Below, one piece after another: positions 1-15,002 of a stretch of DNA of 64,000 bases. The notes under the pieces were generated by a model. That model was not told where the DNA came from. It ran no database searches and saw only the letters and a list, made by a program, of their open reading frames with translations. The stretch's first letter is position 1. Each line of letters begins with the position of its first letter. The DNA is from the human T2T-CHM13v2.0 reference genome, Homo sapiens: the NCBI GenBank assembly GCA_009914755.4, contig CP068257.2, positions 13,216,001 through 13,280,000 of the forward strand, read 5' to 3'. The position numbers were made by a program, and so were the translations under genes.

Positions 1-890
1 TTCTGAAATCTAGGTGAGGGTTCCTAAACCTCAATTTTTAACTTCTGTGCACGTGCAGGCTCAACACCACATGGAAGCTGCCAAGGCTTGGGGCTTCCAA
101 CCACTGAAGCCACAGCCCGAGCTCTACATTGGCTCCTTTTCAACCATGGCTGGAGCAGTAGGAAAACAGGACACCAAGTCCCCAGGTTGCACACCTCATG
201 GGCACCCTAGGCCTGGCCTGGCCTACAGAATCACTTTTTCCTCCTAGGCCTCTGGGCCTGTGATGAGAGGGACTGCCATGAAGGTCTCCGACATGACCTG
301 GAGACATTTTCCTCATTATCTTGGGGATTAACATTAGGCTCCTGGCTCCTTATGCACATTTCTGCAGCTGGATTGAATTTCTCCCCAGAAAATGGGTTTT
401 TCTTTTCTATCACATTGTCAGGCTGCAAATTTTCTGAACATTTATGCTCTACTTCCCTTATAAAACTGAATACCTTTAACAGTACCCAAGTCACCTCTTG
501 AATGCTTTGCTGCTTAGAAATTTCTTCCATCAGATACCCTAAATCATCGTTCTTGAGTTTAAAGTTCCACAAATCCCTAGGGGAGGGGCAAAATGCCACC
601 AGTCTGTTTGCTAAAACATAACAAGAGTCACCTTTGCTTCAGTTCCCAACAACTTCCTCATCTCCTCCTCTGAGACAGCCTCAGCCTGGACCTTATTGTC
701 AATATCTCTATCAAGCTTTTGTTCAAAGCCATTCAACAAGTCTCTAGGAAGTTCCAAACTTTCCCACATTTTCCTGTCTTCTTCTGAGCCCTCCAAACTG
801 TTTCAACCTCTGCCTGTTACCCAGTTCCAAAGTTGCTTCCACATTTTTGGGTATCTTCTCAGCAGTACCCCACTCTCAGTACCAATTTAC
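1..890 (-). mobile_element. ERVL-MaLR internal region (THE1/MST-int-like), antisense; extends beyond window start
   Basis: Contiguous with the MaLR LTR at 891-1242. Sequence ('ggattaacattaggctcctggctccttatgcacatttctgcagctgg' ... 'cagttccaaagttgcttccacatttttgggtatc') matches remembered MaLR internal consensus. No intact gag/pol ORF; the ORF 231..599(-) is non-coding internal sequence. Confidence 0.5.
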
Positions 891-1242
891 TGTATTAGTC
901 CATTTTCACACTGCTGATAAAGACATACCCAAGACTGGTAAGAAAAGGAGGTTTAATTGAATTTACAACTCCATGTGGCCGGGGAGGCCTCAGAATCATG
1001 GCAGGAGGTGAAATGCACTTCTTACATGGCAGCAGCAAGAGAAAATGAGGAAGAAGCAAAAGTGGAAACCCCTGATAAACCCATCAGATCTCGTGAGGCT
1101 TATTCACTATCATGGATAGCACGGGAAAGACCAGCTCCCATGATTCAATTACCGTCCCCTGGGTCCCTCCCACAACATGTGGGAATTCTGGGAGATACAA
1201 TTCAAGTTGAGATTTGAATGGGGACACAGCCAAACCATATCA
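891..1242 (-). mobile_element. ERVL-MaLR LTR, THE1/MST family
   Basis: Begins 'tgtattagtccattttcacactgctgataaagacatacc' and ends 'ggggacacagccaaaccatatca', the reverse complement of the canonical THE1/MST LTR start 'TGATATGGTTTGGCTGTGTCCCC'. Internal hallmarks such as 'ccatcagatctcgtgaggcttattcactatcatg' are present. Confidence 0.8.
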
Positions 1243-4200
1243 ATGTTAAAACAAAATCCTAACATAATTTTTTGTCTTACATATTGAACTTGGAATTCCT
1301 GGCTTTTTATTTACTTGGAACTTCAAAAATTGTTATAGATATACCACTTTTTTTTTTCTGTCAGGACCTAATTCTTATTTTAAAAAGTTACATGATGTCA
1401 GTTTCAATTTCTCTTGAGATTTCACTTGGATAACACAGACTATCACAATTTTGCCTTTAATTCACTCTCTGGTGAATTGCTCTGCTCTATCATTAAGGTT
1501 TTGAGCCTACCTTTATAAAATGGGCACAAAAAGGAAGTAAAAATTATGGTTCTTACATTCACTTCTTATGCATGTAAGAAAGGATAGAAAGATAATTTGG
1601 AGCTATATTACAAAATGAGTCAGAATCTGCCTACTAGTTCTGGAGGTCTTTCACAAACTCTCAAATTCTTGGTAAAACACAGCACTCTTTTAAAATGTCA
1701 TGTTACATGGCCATTCACTGCCTATTATACTACTACACTCAAGCCCATGATTTCAGAAAGTCCCTGTCAAAAGGAGGTTCAGAGTGCAACTAGATTTTTA
1801 TAACTACCATTTAAATCATCAATATAGAATATGCTTCTTTGCTCTTAATTTACTTTTCATTTCTATTTGGTGGGGAGTTCATCATTAAAATCCTCCCTGG
1901 AAGGTTTGCAAAGATAGAACTTTGGTTGAGGATGGAGGCAGAGGCAGCACTGGCCAATCCAGACTGCAGGGATCACTTTACAGGTCTTGAGAAAAAATAG
2001 TGGTAGGAAGGGAAGTAAGCAGGAGAGAGGAATTAACTAAAGAGAAGTAAAACGTGTCTTGTTTAAACTAGTGGAAGCAATGAAAATTTAGCAGCCATTG
2101 TTTGTCTCTTTATTCCTTATTTATAAAACTAAAGAGTAAACTATATTTTTAGGTTAGGTTTTAATTTATGGGAAAGGGAAAGAAACCTAAAAGAAGCCCC
2201 CTGCTGGCCACTCTAATTTCTGCCCTATTTGCTCCTTAAAAAAAAATAAAAATAAAAATATCCTTACCTTTCCTATATTTTCCTACATTTAAGACATAAT
2301 TTAACCTTTTATTGTTAACTGAGATTTATCATTGTTATAAATGCAATATACAAATATAAATCCCTAAAGGCATTTCAGTAATTTGTCTTTTATGACAAGA
2401 AGAAAATCATCCTTTGAAAGATATGTATCTTGTTTTAAATTTGCATTTAAAAGTCTATCACTAGTAGATTAGTTTTGTTATTTTGCTCTTAATCTGAGCA
2501 CAAAATAAGTTTGTTTTGATTATCTCAAACTCTGGGAGGTCTTTAAAATTAAATAACAAATCCGAGTTTTATTCAAAATTATTTACAACAGTCTTTTGTC
2601 TTATTCTAGAAAATTAAGGGGACTACACATAGCAAAAATCCCGAGGCTGTGTTTGTTTCACGCTGTTACTTGAATCTATGATGAAATCATTTCCTAGGCT
2701 TATTCTTTAGAAAATAAAACTCCTTAGGGCAGACTGACCCGAGTTGCACAGGAATGTAAATAAAAATGATTATTTCTCTCTTTACATAAGACAAATATTT
2801 TACTACATTGTGTACTATAATAATCTTTCTCATGGCCAACACAGAAATATTAGCATCTACCAAATATGGTTAAATCCTCAAAGCCTACTTATAAAGCAAA
2901 AGCAGCACTGGAAATTGACATCACTTACATTTAGTCACATTTTCAAAAGAGCATGATTAATGAAACAGAAGTGTTCTCATGGAGCGTGTGCACCATGTGC
3001 TAGTGACAGTTATATCAGAACGAACTACATGTAGCATTTATCTTCCTTTTGCTCTGGTATCTCCCGAGTGAAACGCTTGGGTGTGTATGAAAAGCATAGG
3101 GAGAATGACAACTCATTTGGTATTGACTTGGCCTTTGTCCCAGCTCTCTCTTACATCATCAACCCCTTCCTCATCTCTGCTGTCACTGACTTTGAGAAAG
3201 CACATGGTTCAGCCATTTGACATCCTCTCTGTAAGACCAGGGATGAGTCTGCTATGCGTAGCTCTGTTTATTAAAACCTCAATTTTAAGAAGGTTACCAT
3301 TCTACATAAAACCCTTGACCTCTCAGAGTTAGTGGTATGAGCCTAAAAGTTGCCAGGACATGCTAAACTTTTCCTGAGAAAGAGTCCAGTCAACAATTTT
3401 ATGACAATCCTTCTGACCTGAGCTTTGCTTAATACCATCAAATAAGTCACAGGACAGTCAGGAGATTGGAAATGTATCACTTGATGAGGTTTTTCAGATT
3501 GATAACACGAGGGTAAGCAACTGTGTCATCCAGGAGGCTCCAAAGTCCAGGGTCCATTCAGGGCCAACTACAGCAGTGCCCCTTCCTAAGTCCAGGCCAT
3601 TCACACCAACCGAAGCCCAGCAGGGGGCAGCTTCCCAAAGCTAAATCTAAAAAGACCATAGCCAGCCCAGCTGAAAGTCCCAGGAAAAGGCAATGTTGCC
3701 TAACAGTCATGAGACAGCTGGAAAAGTCCCTGCACCTGACACACACTGTTACAGACAGTGCTGCCTCATAGACGTGTAGAAGGCACATCAGGGAGAGTGT
3801 CGGGGTCAGGCCAGAAACTTCACATTAAATCAGGGAGGATTTGTTTGGGGCTCACATTTAGACAGAGAACAAAGACTTCTCTGTCATTTTTGTAGTTTTG
3901 TTCATTTGTATTTGAAAATAGCAGTTCTCTCTCTGGCCTGACTGCATCCCTTTGATGGTAACTGAAGCTTTCCATTGCAGCGGTGCTCCTGACGGGGGCG
4001 ACATTGAACCTGCTCAGGGCTCAGGGCTCCTCTTCCCGGCTCTGTGGCCTCCCCGAACATGAGTAACACTATGGCCTGCAAAGATAGGACTTAATTGTCC
4101 TTAAAAGGAAAAATGCCTGCATGACCAGAGTTGGACCAAGCCAGAACAGGAGCCCCTGAGAAGTGCTAGGTACGTTTTTAACAGTTCCTGTTTACTTTCC

Positions 4201-4789
4201 ATAGGAGATTATGAGAAGAACACAAGAGCACATTTATAAGTAGTTTTCATGATTCATGTTATCACTGAAACCAGATGCTATTCTGAATCAAACAACCCTG
4301 AAGTGATGTGCAATTCTAATATCTGCTTAATTAATCAAAATATTCATTAATACGTAAGAAAACACATTCTGTTTGTGTTTTAGAGTACACATTTATCACA
4401 TGCTCATAAATACTTAAATACAGGAGGTATGCTTGGCAGATAAATTATTAACTTTTCAGAGATCTGCAGATTTTAGAAAGTTTTGGGGGGAAATTAAATT
4501 TTAATAAAACAGCATTTTACTTAATTACAGAAAAATCAAATAAAATTATTTTCTAGATTCTGAAAGAAAAACAAATAGATTATAAACTGTAAATGCCCTT
4601 TGTCTTATGATAACCTTGCTAGCTTTAGTAATTGTATAATATTATGAACCTTGGGAAACAGTGCAAAGCATCAAAAATCTTATATTTACATATATATTGA
4701 CTCTAATAAACCTATATCTGTATTAGTGTTTAATATTGATTAAAATTGCTTATAAGTTTATATTAATAGGAAATACATCCTGATTTAGT

Positions 4790-5110
4790 AGGATTTTAAT
4801 AACTACAATCATGTATTGCTTAACGATGGGAATATGTTCTGATAAATGCATCAGTAGGCAATTTCATCATGTGAACATCAATATCATGGTGTACTTACAC
4901 AAACCTAGATGGTATAGCCTACTGCTTCTAAACTACATACCTGTACAGCATGTTACTGTATGTAGATGACTGTAACACAATGGAAAGTATTTATGCATCT
5001 CAACATAGAAAAGATACGGTAAAAATATGGTATTATAATCTTATGGAACCATCATCATATATGCAGTCTATTCACTAAAATGTCATTTTGCGTGATAAGG
5101 GCATTTACTC
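4790..5110 (+). repeat. Unclassified interspersed repeat, copy A (same family as 29430-30330)
   Basis: About 80-85% identity to 29430-29700 in the same orientation ('ttgcttaac..gggaatatgttctgataaatgcatc..ggcaatttcatcatgtgaacatca..tacttacacaaacctagatggtatagcct..gtacagcatgttactgta..tgtaacacaatgg..'). I could not assign a family name. Confidence 0.4.
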
Positions 5111-5396
5111 CAATATTGCTTTATTAGATTGGCATCCTTGCTGACTCAAGACCCTTTCCTTATGTACTGATGACCACCTATTGATTCTCAGAAAGTCTTA
5201 TATTCTCACTCTTGTGCCACCCTCAGTTATTTCCCTCTGCCTTTCACAGCTAACTGTCCACTTCACACCACTAATCAACTGCTGTGAACTTGGCTTTTAC
5301 CTTGATCTCAGCTCTTCCAAAAGTCACCAATCATTTCCTAAATGCAAAATATAATGACCTTTTCCCTGTGTCCATCATACTTTGTATAACATTTGA

Positions 5397-5868
5397 TATT
5401 GTAATGAGTTGAATTGAGTCCCTCTCGAAAAAGACAAGTTGAAATCCTAACCTTCAGTATCTCAGAATGTGACCTTATTTGGACACAGAGTTGTGGCAGA
5501 TGTAATTAGTGATGAAATGAGGTCATACTGGAGCAGAGTTAGCCCCTGATCCAATATTACTGGCATCCTTCTAAGAAGATGGCCATCTGAAAACATATAC
5601 ACAGAGAGGACACACTGTGACAATGAAGGCAGAGATTGGAATTAGGAAGTTGCAAGCCAAGGAGCATCACAGATTGCCAGGAAACCACCAGAGGTTAAGA
5701 AGGGGGCAAGGAAGAATCTCTCAGAAACGTAAGAGAGACTGTGGCCCTGGTGATGCCTTGATTTCAGACTTCTAGCCTCCAGAACTGTGATGTGATCAAT
5801 TTCTTTGATTTTAGGCAGTTTATGGTGCTTCATTATGGCAGCCCTAGGAAACTGATAGTTACTACTGA
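5397..5868 (+). mobile_element. ERVL-MaLR LTR, MLT1-type
   Basis: Contains the characteristic 3' segment 'gacttctagcctccagaactgtgatgtgatcaatttctttgattttaggcagtttatggtgcttcattatggcagccctaggaaactgata'. Upstream 'gaatgtgaccttatttggacacagagttgtggcagatgtaattagt...gaggtcatactggagcagagt' matches MLT1/MER LTR consensus memory. Confidence 0.6.
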
Positions 5869-6007
5869 CCAAGGCTTTATTCTGCACTTACCACAATTTT
5901 TTAAATGCTCTTGTCCACAGGGTTCCATACACCATATTTTTCCAGAAGCCTGGCTACAGATTTCATAGGATCACAGGATTCTTTACTGCCTCTCATCTCC
6001 TATTTCC

Positions 6008-6303
6008 TTTTTTTTTTTCAACAGGATTTAACTCTGTGTTGCCCAGGCTGGAGTGCAGTGGCACAGTTATAGGTTCACTGCAGCCTCTCCATCTCCTGGG
6101 CTCAAGTGATCATTTTCCCTCAGGTGCCCAAGAAGCTAGAACTACAGGCGTGCATCACCACACCCAGCTAATTTTTATTTTTTCATACAGATAAGGTCTC
6201 GCTTTGTTGCCCAGGCTTGTCTCTAACTCCTGGCCTCAAGGGATCATCCTGCCTCAGCCTACCAAAGTGTTGGAGATACAGGCATGCACCAGCATGCCCA
6301 GCC
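6008..6303 (-). mobile_element. Alu SINE (older subfamily, antisense)
   Basis: Starts with a poly-T tail followed by reverse-complement Alu sequence: 'ctgtgttgcccaggctggagtgcagtggcacag...cctcaggtgcccaagaagctagaactacaggcgtgcatcaccacacccagctaattttt'. Dimeric structure. Confidence 0.9.
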
Positions 6304-7195
6304 TGATATTCCTTGAAATACCTCAAGCCATCCTGTAGTATCAACTACCACAAATATGTGAGGGCTGCTCCAGTTCATATCTACATCTTGAACCTCTCTA
6401 AGTCTCCATGGGTCAACCTCCTGTGTTTTCCTGCAGCACACCAAAGTGTGCTCAAAAAAGCAAATGAAAAAGAATACAAAACAGTTGATACTCACTTGCA
6501 AAATAAAACCAGATGCAGCTTTCTTTACAAATTGAGAAAGATGTTTTTTAAGCATAATGACTAGTGTTGGCAAATGAACTTGTCCCTCTCAAATATCATG
6601 TGAGACTTTGGTTTGATACAATTTTACTGGAGAGTTATTTAGCAATGTGAATCAAGTATTTAAGAATTGTTAATTCCTTTTGACCTAGTAATTTTACTCC
6701 TTAGGAATTATCCCAAGAAAATAATCAGACCTGCACCAAAGATTTATATATGGATACATATACAAAGCACATATTTGCATATAAGGACTACACCCACAGA
6801 TCCATAACCGTAAAGGCTCAAAGTTACTGACTGTTGGCTTTTAAACTTTTAAACTTTTAAACACAGATACATATCTCTGAGTCTAGTCTTTATATGCAAA
6901 TATATATGTTTTATATATGTATATTTTTTGAATCATTTTATGTGGTTTATATTTATTCAATTTTTATATGCTTGGTTTAGAAGCATATAAAATGTTCACT
7001 TTTCAGAAAACATTAGGAATTGGTTATATTTTAGAAAGAAACGTAGAATATCACATTTCAATTTGGACTAGCACTTTTCAAGCGGCTGGTAACCACATGT
7101 GGATAGTGGCTATCCTATCAGCATAGAGCTACACGAAGGGCATATGACTGCTTATTTTACTATGCTTGCAATTTCTGTAGCTTTGATTTTTTTTA

Positions 7196-7501
<306 letters not shown>

Positions 7502-8627
7502 GTTGGGGGAGGAAAGGCCTTTGAAAACACTTGCAATCACATTCATTCTGCTTCAGACTGTTTACTCTTCTTAATCCCTGCTAACCATGGTTAATTCACT
7601 AGCATTTTTGCTTTTCAAGCAGTGACATCCACAAGACCATATTGTGATCTTTCTATTCTTTGCATAGTTTCATGGTTCTTAGAGGAAAAAAAAAGATGTC
7701 ACACATAACAAACAAACTAACCAGTAGTGACACTAAAATGAGAAAAGGGTTTTGGCATGGCTCAAAAAAGCCATGTGTATAATTTTTAAATCAGTGCTGC
7801 AATTTGTGGCCCAGCAAGTGAGACGGCATTTTGCTTCCTCCTCAAGAACCCTTTGTTCTTGTCATGAACCAGAATTTAAGCTTCTGCACTCTGTTTCTGG
7901 GAGGCAGAGTCCTCTTTGACCTGATCTGTCTCCTTTGACAAGGAGACAGATTTTAGCTTGTCCAAAAAAAGATAACCCCTGCTGCTCCTTGTTTGGAAAA
8001 AACACATTCTCCTTCCTGGGAGAGGCTGAAAGAAGAATTGACTACAAAAGAGAATGTAACAAGTCTTCATTTTCAACTCATTTCCCTTTAATTTTTATGC
8101 CAAGTACAGCCGTGCCTTGAGTGATGTGGCAACAGGCTGAATTTCCCCTTCTTTCTCAGATTGTCTCTTATTTTGACAACGGCCTCCTTTCGTTAATAAG
8201 AAGTCAATGACATGTTCCTCTGTTTTCTTAACAAAAATCTGCACTGCTTGTGGATAGGATGGTCACATAATTTCGCAGTCCACAATGCTGGGGACTAGGG
8301 GATAGGAAAAAACGTAGAGAAGCATGTTTTACCGGGAAGAAAATAGTAGCAATGCAGCTACCCTAACTTGAATGGAACAAAGCTAATACTTGTACTTCTT
8401 GTTCCTTTCAAATGCCTTTCTTGAATACCTAAGTTCTCATAGTCCTGGAGAATCTTGAGAAACAATAAAACTTTGTGATTGTTTTAGAACTTCAAAACTT
8501 CTGCACAGGATTGACTTGAAATATCAGAGAGGTTCTTGTGGAAGAGGATGTGAGGGTATCTTTTTAAGCCAGCTGTCACTACATAGCCAGACTTTTAAGA
8601 TAAAATGCTAAGGAAAAAAAAAACTTA

Positions 8628-8712
8628 TTTTAGCTCCTCAAAAGAAGGAAGGAAAAGAAAGGAAGAAATGAAGGAAGGGAGGGAGGGACAGAGAGGGAGG
8701 GAGGGTAGGGGT
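8628..8712. repeat. Purine-rich (GGAA/GGGA)n-like simple repeat
   Basis: 'aggaaggaaaagaaaggaagaaatgaaggaagggagggagggacagagagggagggagggtaggggtg'. Confidence 0.8.
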
Positions 8713-10940
8713 GAAAAAAAACACTTTGCTGCAGTTCACAAAAATTCGATTAAGTGTAATGAAAACTTTAATTTGTTGATAAAAGCACTCAGTTATTAAG
8801 TCCTTTTAACTTTACTCATATTTCCCACCATAAATATGTAACATGTATGTATATGTATTTATTTCCAAACTTGAAGTTTAAAGGCAATCTCTATACCCTC
8901 TCCATATGCATTCTTTAAAATCAAATATAACAAAATATTTATTCAGATGTTTTCTCTTCTTCAATCTTCAGTGAAGGAAAATATAATTTTCTTTCTTCAG
9001 CAGAGATTGCACAGTGGCTTTAATCAAATCAATCCATTTCACCACTAGATATAGAATATTTTCCCTAAGGGCCACAAAAAGTCGAAGTTGATTTGTCTTT
9101 GTCAAAGCAGATAAGTTGTTAAATGAAAGAAACAGTACCAGAATCCTTCCAACTAACTGAACTAGGAGAGAGGAATAAAGGAGATGAACTCTACGTGCAA
9201 ACATACATATAATTTCTTTTTTCCTCATCTGTCTCTTGCTCTGTTTCCCCCAGTTCCATCTGCAATAGCAGCCATACAGCACCTAGACTGTTGAGAGATA
9301 CTGAAACTTGAAAGAAAAGGGAATGTACAATGTGCAAATGCAATATCATTATTCAATAACTTTGCAAGTAATTTTATTACCTGAGACACCATGGTTTCTT
9401 TGTCTCCTTTTTCTGTGTCCCATTCTCTGCCTCTAGCTGTGGGTCTGTCTCTCTCTTACACATACATACTCACCTAGAGGGGCATACATATTAATAATGT
9501 GTGGGAATTTCTTACTTAAAGCTACTTCCTCTTCAAACCAAGAATAGCAGAATACCTGGATCCAATAAACAAATGATCTTGTCTCGACATCTAAAATAAA
9601 TTATCTGGCAGAACACTGTAAATGAATACTTAATAGCAAAACTTAATAATAAGGGAACACACAAAGAAGTGCAAGAGTAGGAAGCTTTCTTGTATCACTT
9701 CCTCATGCCAAAAACAGAACTGGAAATTGTCACTCAAAAAAAAAACTTTTAAAATATAGTAGTTCAAGTTTCAAACGTGGTCCCAACAAATCAGATATAC
9801 AACTGTAATCTCAGTTCTTTATTCTATACACCAACTTTAGATATCTTCCCATAAGTCTTAAAGTGATTTTTGAATACAAATATTTTTCTCCCTTCAGGCT
9901 AAGCCCTATGGGCGAGTGCAGAACTCGTACAACTGGTTCTACTACCAAACTATAAAATGTTCATTCCCTATTTTTCACATAAGAAGAAAGCAACTTTCTC
10001 CTTTTTTCTCATTCTCATTTTAGCCTGAACACCTGGCTTTTTCTGAAGCTATGCCAGGTTCAGATCAGATACTATGAGGGCAGCAATGACTACGGGTTAC
10101 TGCACACACTATCTCCATGGTTTCTACTGTGAAATCCCTTTAAACTTTCTATCTGGACTATTTTCATGTGCTGTGTATGCGTGAGCACCTCTGGAGGTTA
10201 TTAAGTAGTTGTTTCATCAATAAATGTTGGTGATGCTTATCTCTATATTTCTCTGGATTCTAGCATGCAAGACTTTTGAGATGACCTACTGAGATAAAGA
10301 TCTAAGTGACAAGCATTAAAGAGAAAAGACACAATTTGATTGGAAAAGGCTTAAGAAAATACGGAGGTTACTTTCTGCAATACGTGTAGAGGGTAACTGT
10401 TCTCCAGTGCTTATCTTTGAACTCTTATTAATTTAGTGTTTGATTCACTATAGTGAACAAAACTGTTCTTTACCTTGAATCAAACACAAAGAATGTAGAA
10501 TTCATTACCTGGCGATATCCTATCAGTTCAGAATACTCCATAAAGTCTCTACATTTGAAAAAAAGGTGGGTGCAAATGTCTGGTTCTATTTTTTAATGCT
10601 TTCATTTCACTTTTATGTATGAGAAGTGTGAACATCTCTCTGTGGTACAACTCCTATCTCCATACTGTTTTCTCCACCCTTGACCTACTTCTCTTTCATT
10701 ATTTTCCCATTCTAACAATTCCTCTCCCCTTCAAATATCTCATGAACAAGGCTAATTTTCAGTCTCATCACCAACCCTGGCTTGAATGCTCTTGCAGTTT
10801 TTTCTAGTAAAATCAAGTAGCCATTTATATTAATTAGGTAGGCTAAACTACTAAAGTAAATATTCCCCAAAATGTAATGGCTCAGATAAAATAGAAGCAG
10901 ATTTGTCTCTAAAGTAACAGTCTAAGCTGGAGGTTCAGGT

Positions 10941-10943
<3 letters not shown>

Positions 10944-10978
<35 letters not shown>
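10944..10978. repeat. (GT)n microsatellite, about 17 units
   Basis: An uninterrupted 'gtgtgt...' run. Confidence 0.95.
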
Positions 10979-10981
<3 letters not shown>

Positions 10982-11529
10982 GGGATGCTGGGGAGTTGGG
11001 ATTTGGGGGAGGCTGTGCTCTACTTGGGAACCCAACCTAGAATGAGGTTAGTGCTGCCATCTTCAATACGTGGCTTCTAAGGTCTCTCTCGTCATCACTA
11101 TTTCAGTCCATGGGAAGGAAAAAAGAGCTATAGGAGAGAGCATGTGAACTTTCAAAGAAAGGTGTGAATGACGGACATCACTTTTGCTCACATTTCACTG
11201 GAGCTTATTTAGTCTCATGGCCACACCTAACTGCAGAGGGAGCAGGAAAACAGTCTGTGGCTAGGCAGCTGTGTCCCAGTTGTGATTCTACCTTACTGTG
11301 GAATAAGTAGGGCACAGATCACTACCACACCCTTTAAGCACTGTTATAGTCTTAGTAAGAACATAAAGATAAAATATAGGTCCAATAATCAGTTGTCCTG
11401 GGTTCTTTGCAGAACAAACTATTCCAAGAGCTTACATTAGCCATTTCCAATGGGAACGCATTATAAAAGCCTAATGAAGTATTAGGGTACTCCTATGACC
11501 TATTATATATTTCTGTTTCACAGAGGTAG

Positions 11530-12295
<766 letters not shown>

Positions 12296-14947
12296 ATTTG
12301 GAAAGGCTAAAATCATTATGTAGTTGCATAGTGTTAGAAACCAAATTGAAGGAGTCTTTCACTGCTAAATATAAGAAGGATTTAGTTTAGGCCTATGAAG
12401 CCAGTGCCCAACATTTCCATAATCAAATAAAAGATAATGACTAACAGGGAAACTGAGAAGGCAATCAGCCCTCAGATAGAGTGCAAACAGACAATATTCA
12501 TAAGTAAGAATAGAACATATGTCCTAGTTAAGCTGGCACCCCTTTTTTAATAATGGGTCTCTAAAATAAAGGCAGAGTTAGCAATATAGACAGAAAATTT
12601 CATTTGACCATTCAGAGCCATGGCTCAAAAACATCAAAACTGACTACCATTCTGGTAGCATCACTGAAGTTTGAAGATCAATGAAGTTTGAAGGCAAAAC
12701 CTAGGAGGAAAGCCTGGAGTATGTTTAGACCTTCAATGACTAAACTCTTGATACAGAATGCTAAGAAGACTTTTGTCTAAGGAGTACAGCCAAATAAAAG
12801 TAGGAAGACAAGAGACAGAGCAAGACCCTTTCACTGAGATCAGACAGAAATACAGATCATAGCAGGCTACAATAAGCTGTCTAGACCCAATTTTTTAAGA
12901 ATAGTGAAAGAGGGGTAGGGAGCTCTCTGCCCAATCCTGTCTCACAACCCTGATCAATACTCTGATATGTCATGTAAAGAGGTCAGCCAGGTTAGGTAAT
13001 GGAGGTCTCCTGACCCATTGACCTTGTTTTGGCATTAGACATTCAACTTTTTGCCATTAAATGTCAGATCAATTCCCAATGATTTGAACATTACCCAGAA
13101 GTCTTTGGCTTCCTGGAATCTTTAATGAAAAAAAAATACAAACACTACCATTTCCAAGAGCCTAATGAATTATTATTCATCACATTAGCTTAATCCATTT
13201 CCCTTGCTCAATTTTTAATATTCTTGTTTCAGCTGGATTTCAGCATTTATAATGCACATGTGTGTTTTTTTATCTATGTAATTTTCAGTGTAGGTTTATA
13301 TCTATCTTTTTTGTACATGAATAATCTTTCCTTCTCAGAGTCTTATAACTTACCATAAACTGTCTGTTTTCTCCTATAGTCCTTACCAGAATTACCCTGA
13401 TATTACAATTATAGATGAAAAGGTTTTTCTCTGTTTAGGTCAAGGAAGGCTGTGTTTATCGTTTATTCTATATGATATCTTGCATTCAGTAGACATTCAT
13501 ACACAAGTTAGTAAAATTTGGGCCCAGCTGTACTCCCTTCAACTTGATGTGGTCAAGGGGAAACAAAAGGGAGGCCCATACATACAGCTACTGTAAATTT
13601 ATAGGGTATACAAATTTTCCCCTTAGGAATAAGGTGGGCCAGTCTCTTTGGACCTCCCAAAGAAGAATCAAGTCTGGTTTTCAAATGAAAGCTTCAGAGT
13701 ATGAAGCAATATTTCACAAATTATTAGAGCTTTTTAAGGGCATGCCCTCTGCCTAGCAGTACTGGATAAACAGGTATTTAGCAGCAATAAATCCTAACTC
13801 ATCTTTTTATATCTCAGGGATCACCAAGAGTTTCCTGTTTCCAGAGACTGGCACATCTTTTTGATGGGCATGATACATGTTATTTGAATGACTGATTGAA
13901 TGAATAAATGAGCCAACAATTGCCATCCCTAGATACCAACAAATTTCCAACTGGCATCTGCCTGCTTGTTAGTGTCATTTCCATTAGGTGTGACAAGTTG
14001 TAACCTAAAATAACACCTCATTGAGACACTAGTTCACTTTCAGGACTGCTGGGGACAAGGAAGGGAGAAGACTACAGCTCCTTGCACAACCGGCCTCCCA
14101 CTCCCATTGTACCTGCTATACAATTGTTGCTATTTTGGCTGCCAAAGCTCCATTAAGAGCTCTGGAGCTCCTGGCATTTGCAGGGATACTCCACTAAATT
14201 TAAGCCCCAAAGATGACTTATTCTTGCCAGCTGGGTGCATCAAACCAAAGGAACAATACCAGACAAATATATAGAGATCTACTTCATAAATATATAGAAG
14301 ATGGAAACAGAGAAAACGGGCTTTTTGCTGGTGTAATTTTTGCTAATTTTTTTTTTCAGTTTTACCATCAATTCAAATGTTCATGCCAAAAGAGGTAATA
14401 TTGCCAGGGAAAACAGGCAACTGCAGAGAATTCATCAGTGTTGGCTGCTTCTGGAGGCGAGGTCTTGGCTTCACAGTGGAGTTGGGGTTATGGCCTTATC
14501 CCAGTTTGGGGGTATAGTTAGTTAGAGTCAGCAAAGGCTACTTACTGCACACTGCTCCTCCACTTATCTTGGGTGGGGCTGGGCCAGTTCAGAAACAGGG
14601 CAAGGTACTAGGCTGTCCCTTCCCAGCACTCTGATCCTCCCACCTTCATGGGGGATTATTGGCCCTGACTTAATGAAAGTCCTCACTGCAGACAATTCAC
14701 ATACTGAATTATTTGGCACTGGCTCTCTGAGTTGTACTTAACTTTCTGTTCTTTCATTGCCTTGAGGTACAAATTATTTTTAAAAAGAAAAATAAGTAAA
14801 TAAAAAAAATAGATTCATCATTATTGCCCTGAATTGAGCCACCTGGAATTTGTTTTAGTTCATCACTGAGAAGAGCAACATAAACCTTATGACTTTTTTT
14901 AATTTCATAAGTGCAACATATTTGCATTGTGATGTTTTTCATTGCAG

Positions 14948-15002
14948 GGCTCACTGGCAGACAAAACTCAGCGCTTTATTTCCTTTGTAGATGTTGATGC
15001 AG
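14948..15002 (+). CDS. Candidate 55-bp internal exon (unassigned gene), weak
   Basis: A polypyrimidine tract plus an AG acceptor ('tgatgtttttcattgcag|GGCTCACTGG') and a consensus donor ('GATGCAG|gtaagtgg') bracket a 55-nt segment. It is open in one frame only (GSLADKTQRFISFVDVDA) and closed in all three antisense frames. Confidence 0.2.

Noticed and set aside
231-599. 122-aa minus-strand ORF
   Set aside because: It lies within the MaLR internal region. MaLR internal sequences are non-coding, the peptide has low complexity, and no homology was recognised.
3523-3788. Overlapping ~80-aa ORFs on both strands in a moderately GC-rich stretch
   Set aside because: There is no splice or start context, and the open frames on both strands simultaneously suggest chance. 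The sequence is possibly an old degraded repeat, and there is nothing to support coding.
8605-8799. ORF encoding 'KEGRKRKEEMKEGREGQRGREGRGEKK'
   Set aside because: It is a translation of a purine-rich (GGAA/GGGA)n simple repeat.
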